Both the position numbers and the translations under genes were made by a program. A stretch of 63,703 nucleotides of DNA, filler included, from Reclinomonas americana ATCC 50394 (taxonomy: Eukaryota), in the NCBI GenBank assembly GCA_048213135.1. It is 16 parts of 16 records of this genome, joined end to end, with 100 filler letters (N's around TTAATTAATTAA, not from the genome) between each part and the next. Parts side by side here need not be neighbours in the genome. Positions count along the whole stretch, not along the records: positions 62,172 to 63,703 come from AFZH01020520.1; 15 more parts are not named here. The stretch is one strand, 5' to 3'. Numbering within the stretch: the first letter of the stretch is position 1; each line of letters opens with the position of its first letter. Below the pieces are notes generated by a model. The model saw nothing but the letters and a program-made list of their open reading frames with translations, was not told the DNA's origin and made no database searches. Positions 62,773 through 63,703 of this stretch are shown in pieces.

Positions 62773-63641
62773 GTCCACCCATGCACCGGCGCCACGGCGA
62801 AGAGGAATGATAATGAAATTCAGGTTGCATATTATGGTCTGCACTCGTGGGGAGACAACCCTTTCCGAACAGACGGACTCGAAGCAATGCAAATAATAGA
62901 AACTTCACTGATCCATACACAACAATGAGCATCTACCAGTGATCGCCAACAAATTTTTACACTGCGAAATGCTTTCGTTGCGATTCACACGACGCCGTAT
63001 CGCGAGAGGGAGATCAAGCAGCTCAAATGCAAGAAGCCTGTGCGATGTATAAAGCGTGGCTACGAGCACCGACTTCAGCGACGCTGTTGCTGGAGTGGAC
63101 TGTTCGCGGAATTCAAAATCGACATCGGTCCTGATCCGATGGGCAAGCAACGGTGTGGCCACAAGCATCTCACTGTAATGGTCAATGAATGTGATCTACT
63201 CACTGTGCCGACCGTCAGGACCGGCTCGTTCCGCCGATACGAGCAATACCGTTGTCGATATTGGTTACATGTACAGTCTGCTTCTCAGCTGATTGTAATT
63301 GTGCAAGTTCCGGCTCAACACCATCGCTTGCACTTACGGTCTGGTGCACGGCTGCACACTGCACGAAGAGGAAAGCATCGAAGAACACAACGACAAGGGA
63401 CAGTTTTCATTCCGCGAGCCACACGCGCGCGAAACACACAAACACAAACACAGCAGTGAGAGCGGGAGAGAATGAGAACAGCTTCTCTTTTGCCCGTTGT
63501 TGTTGTTGTTGTTGTTCTCGTGTTGGTGTGTGTGAGTGCATGCAATGCAGTGTATGTGCCGCCAGTCAACGAAGGGCGATATGGCACGAGAGTGAGAGAG
63601 GCAGCAGAGTTGGAGGACTTGAAGTACTGGAGGTGAGGGGG

Positions 63642-63703
<62 letters not shown>

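Overview
Gene-dense, GC-rich nuclear DNA of a unicellular eukaryote (protist; species not identifiable from sequence alone). It is an ordered scaffold whose gaps are filled by an artificial N/TTAATTAATTAA linker; several genes read across the gaps. Genes have many short (about 40-160 nt) spliceosomal introns, microexons and (TG)n/(GA)n microsatellites. Recognisable genes: a PAP2-like membrane phosphatase, a 2OG-Fe(II) oxygenase, a large ARM+LRR protein, PDI (HDEL), exosome RRP40, a TPT/nucleotide-sugar transporter, a type-B carboxylesterase, an LRR+WD40 (plant DHU1-like) protein, NELF-B, a WD40 protein, a FEX/CrcB fluoride exporter, a GAF hybrid histidine kinase, a GH47 alpha-1,2-mannosidase and the 5' part of RPL10. 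Mobile DNA: an intron-containing CACTA/Plavaka-like DDE transposase, a foldback element, and the C-terminal half of an intron-containing Fanzor/TnpB-like RNA-guided nuclease with a repeat-bearing, NLS-like tail. The strongest window-wide signal is a two-class 5' splice-site rule: exons ending in A/T are almost always followed by a one-base-shifted donor (GTTGCG/GTTGAG/GTTACG), while exons ending in G are followed mostly by standard GTGCG/GTGAG/GTACG donors. A candidate AT-AC (U12-like) intron lies in NELF-B. Gene models and intron counts are manual reconstructions without RNA evidence.
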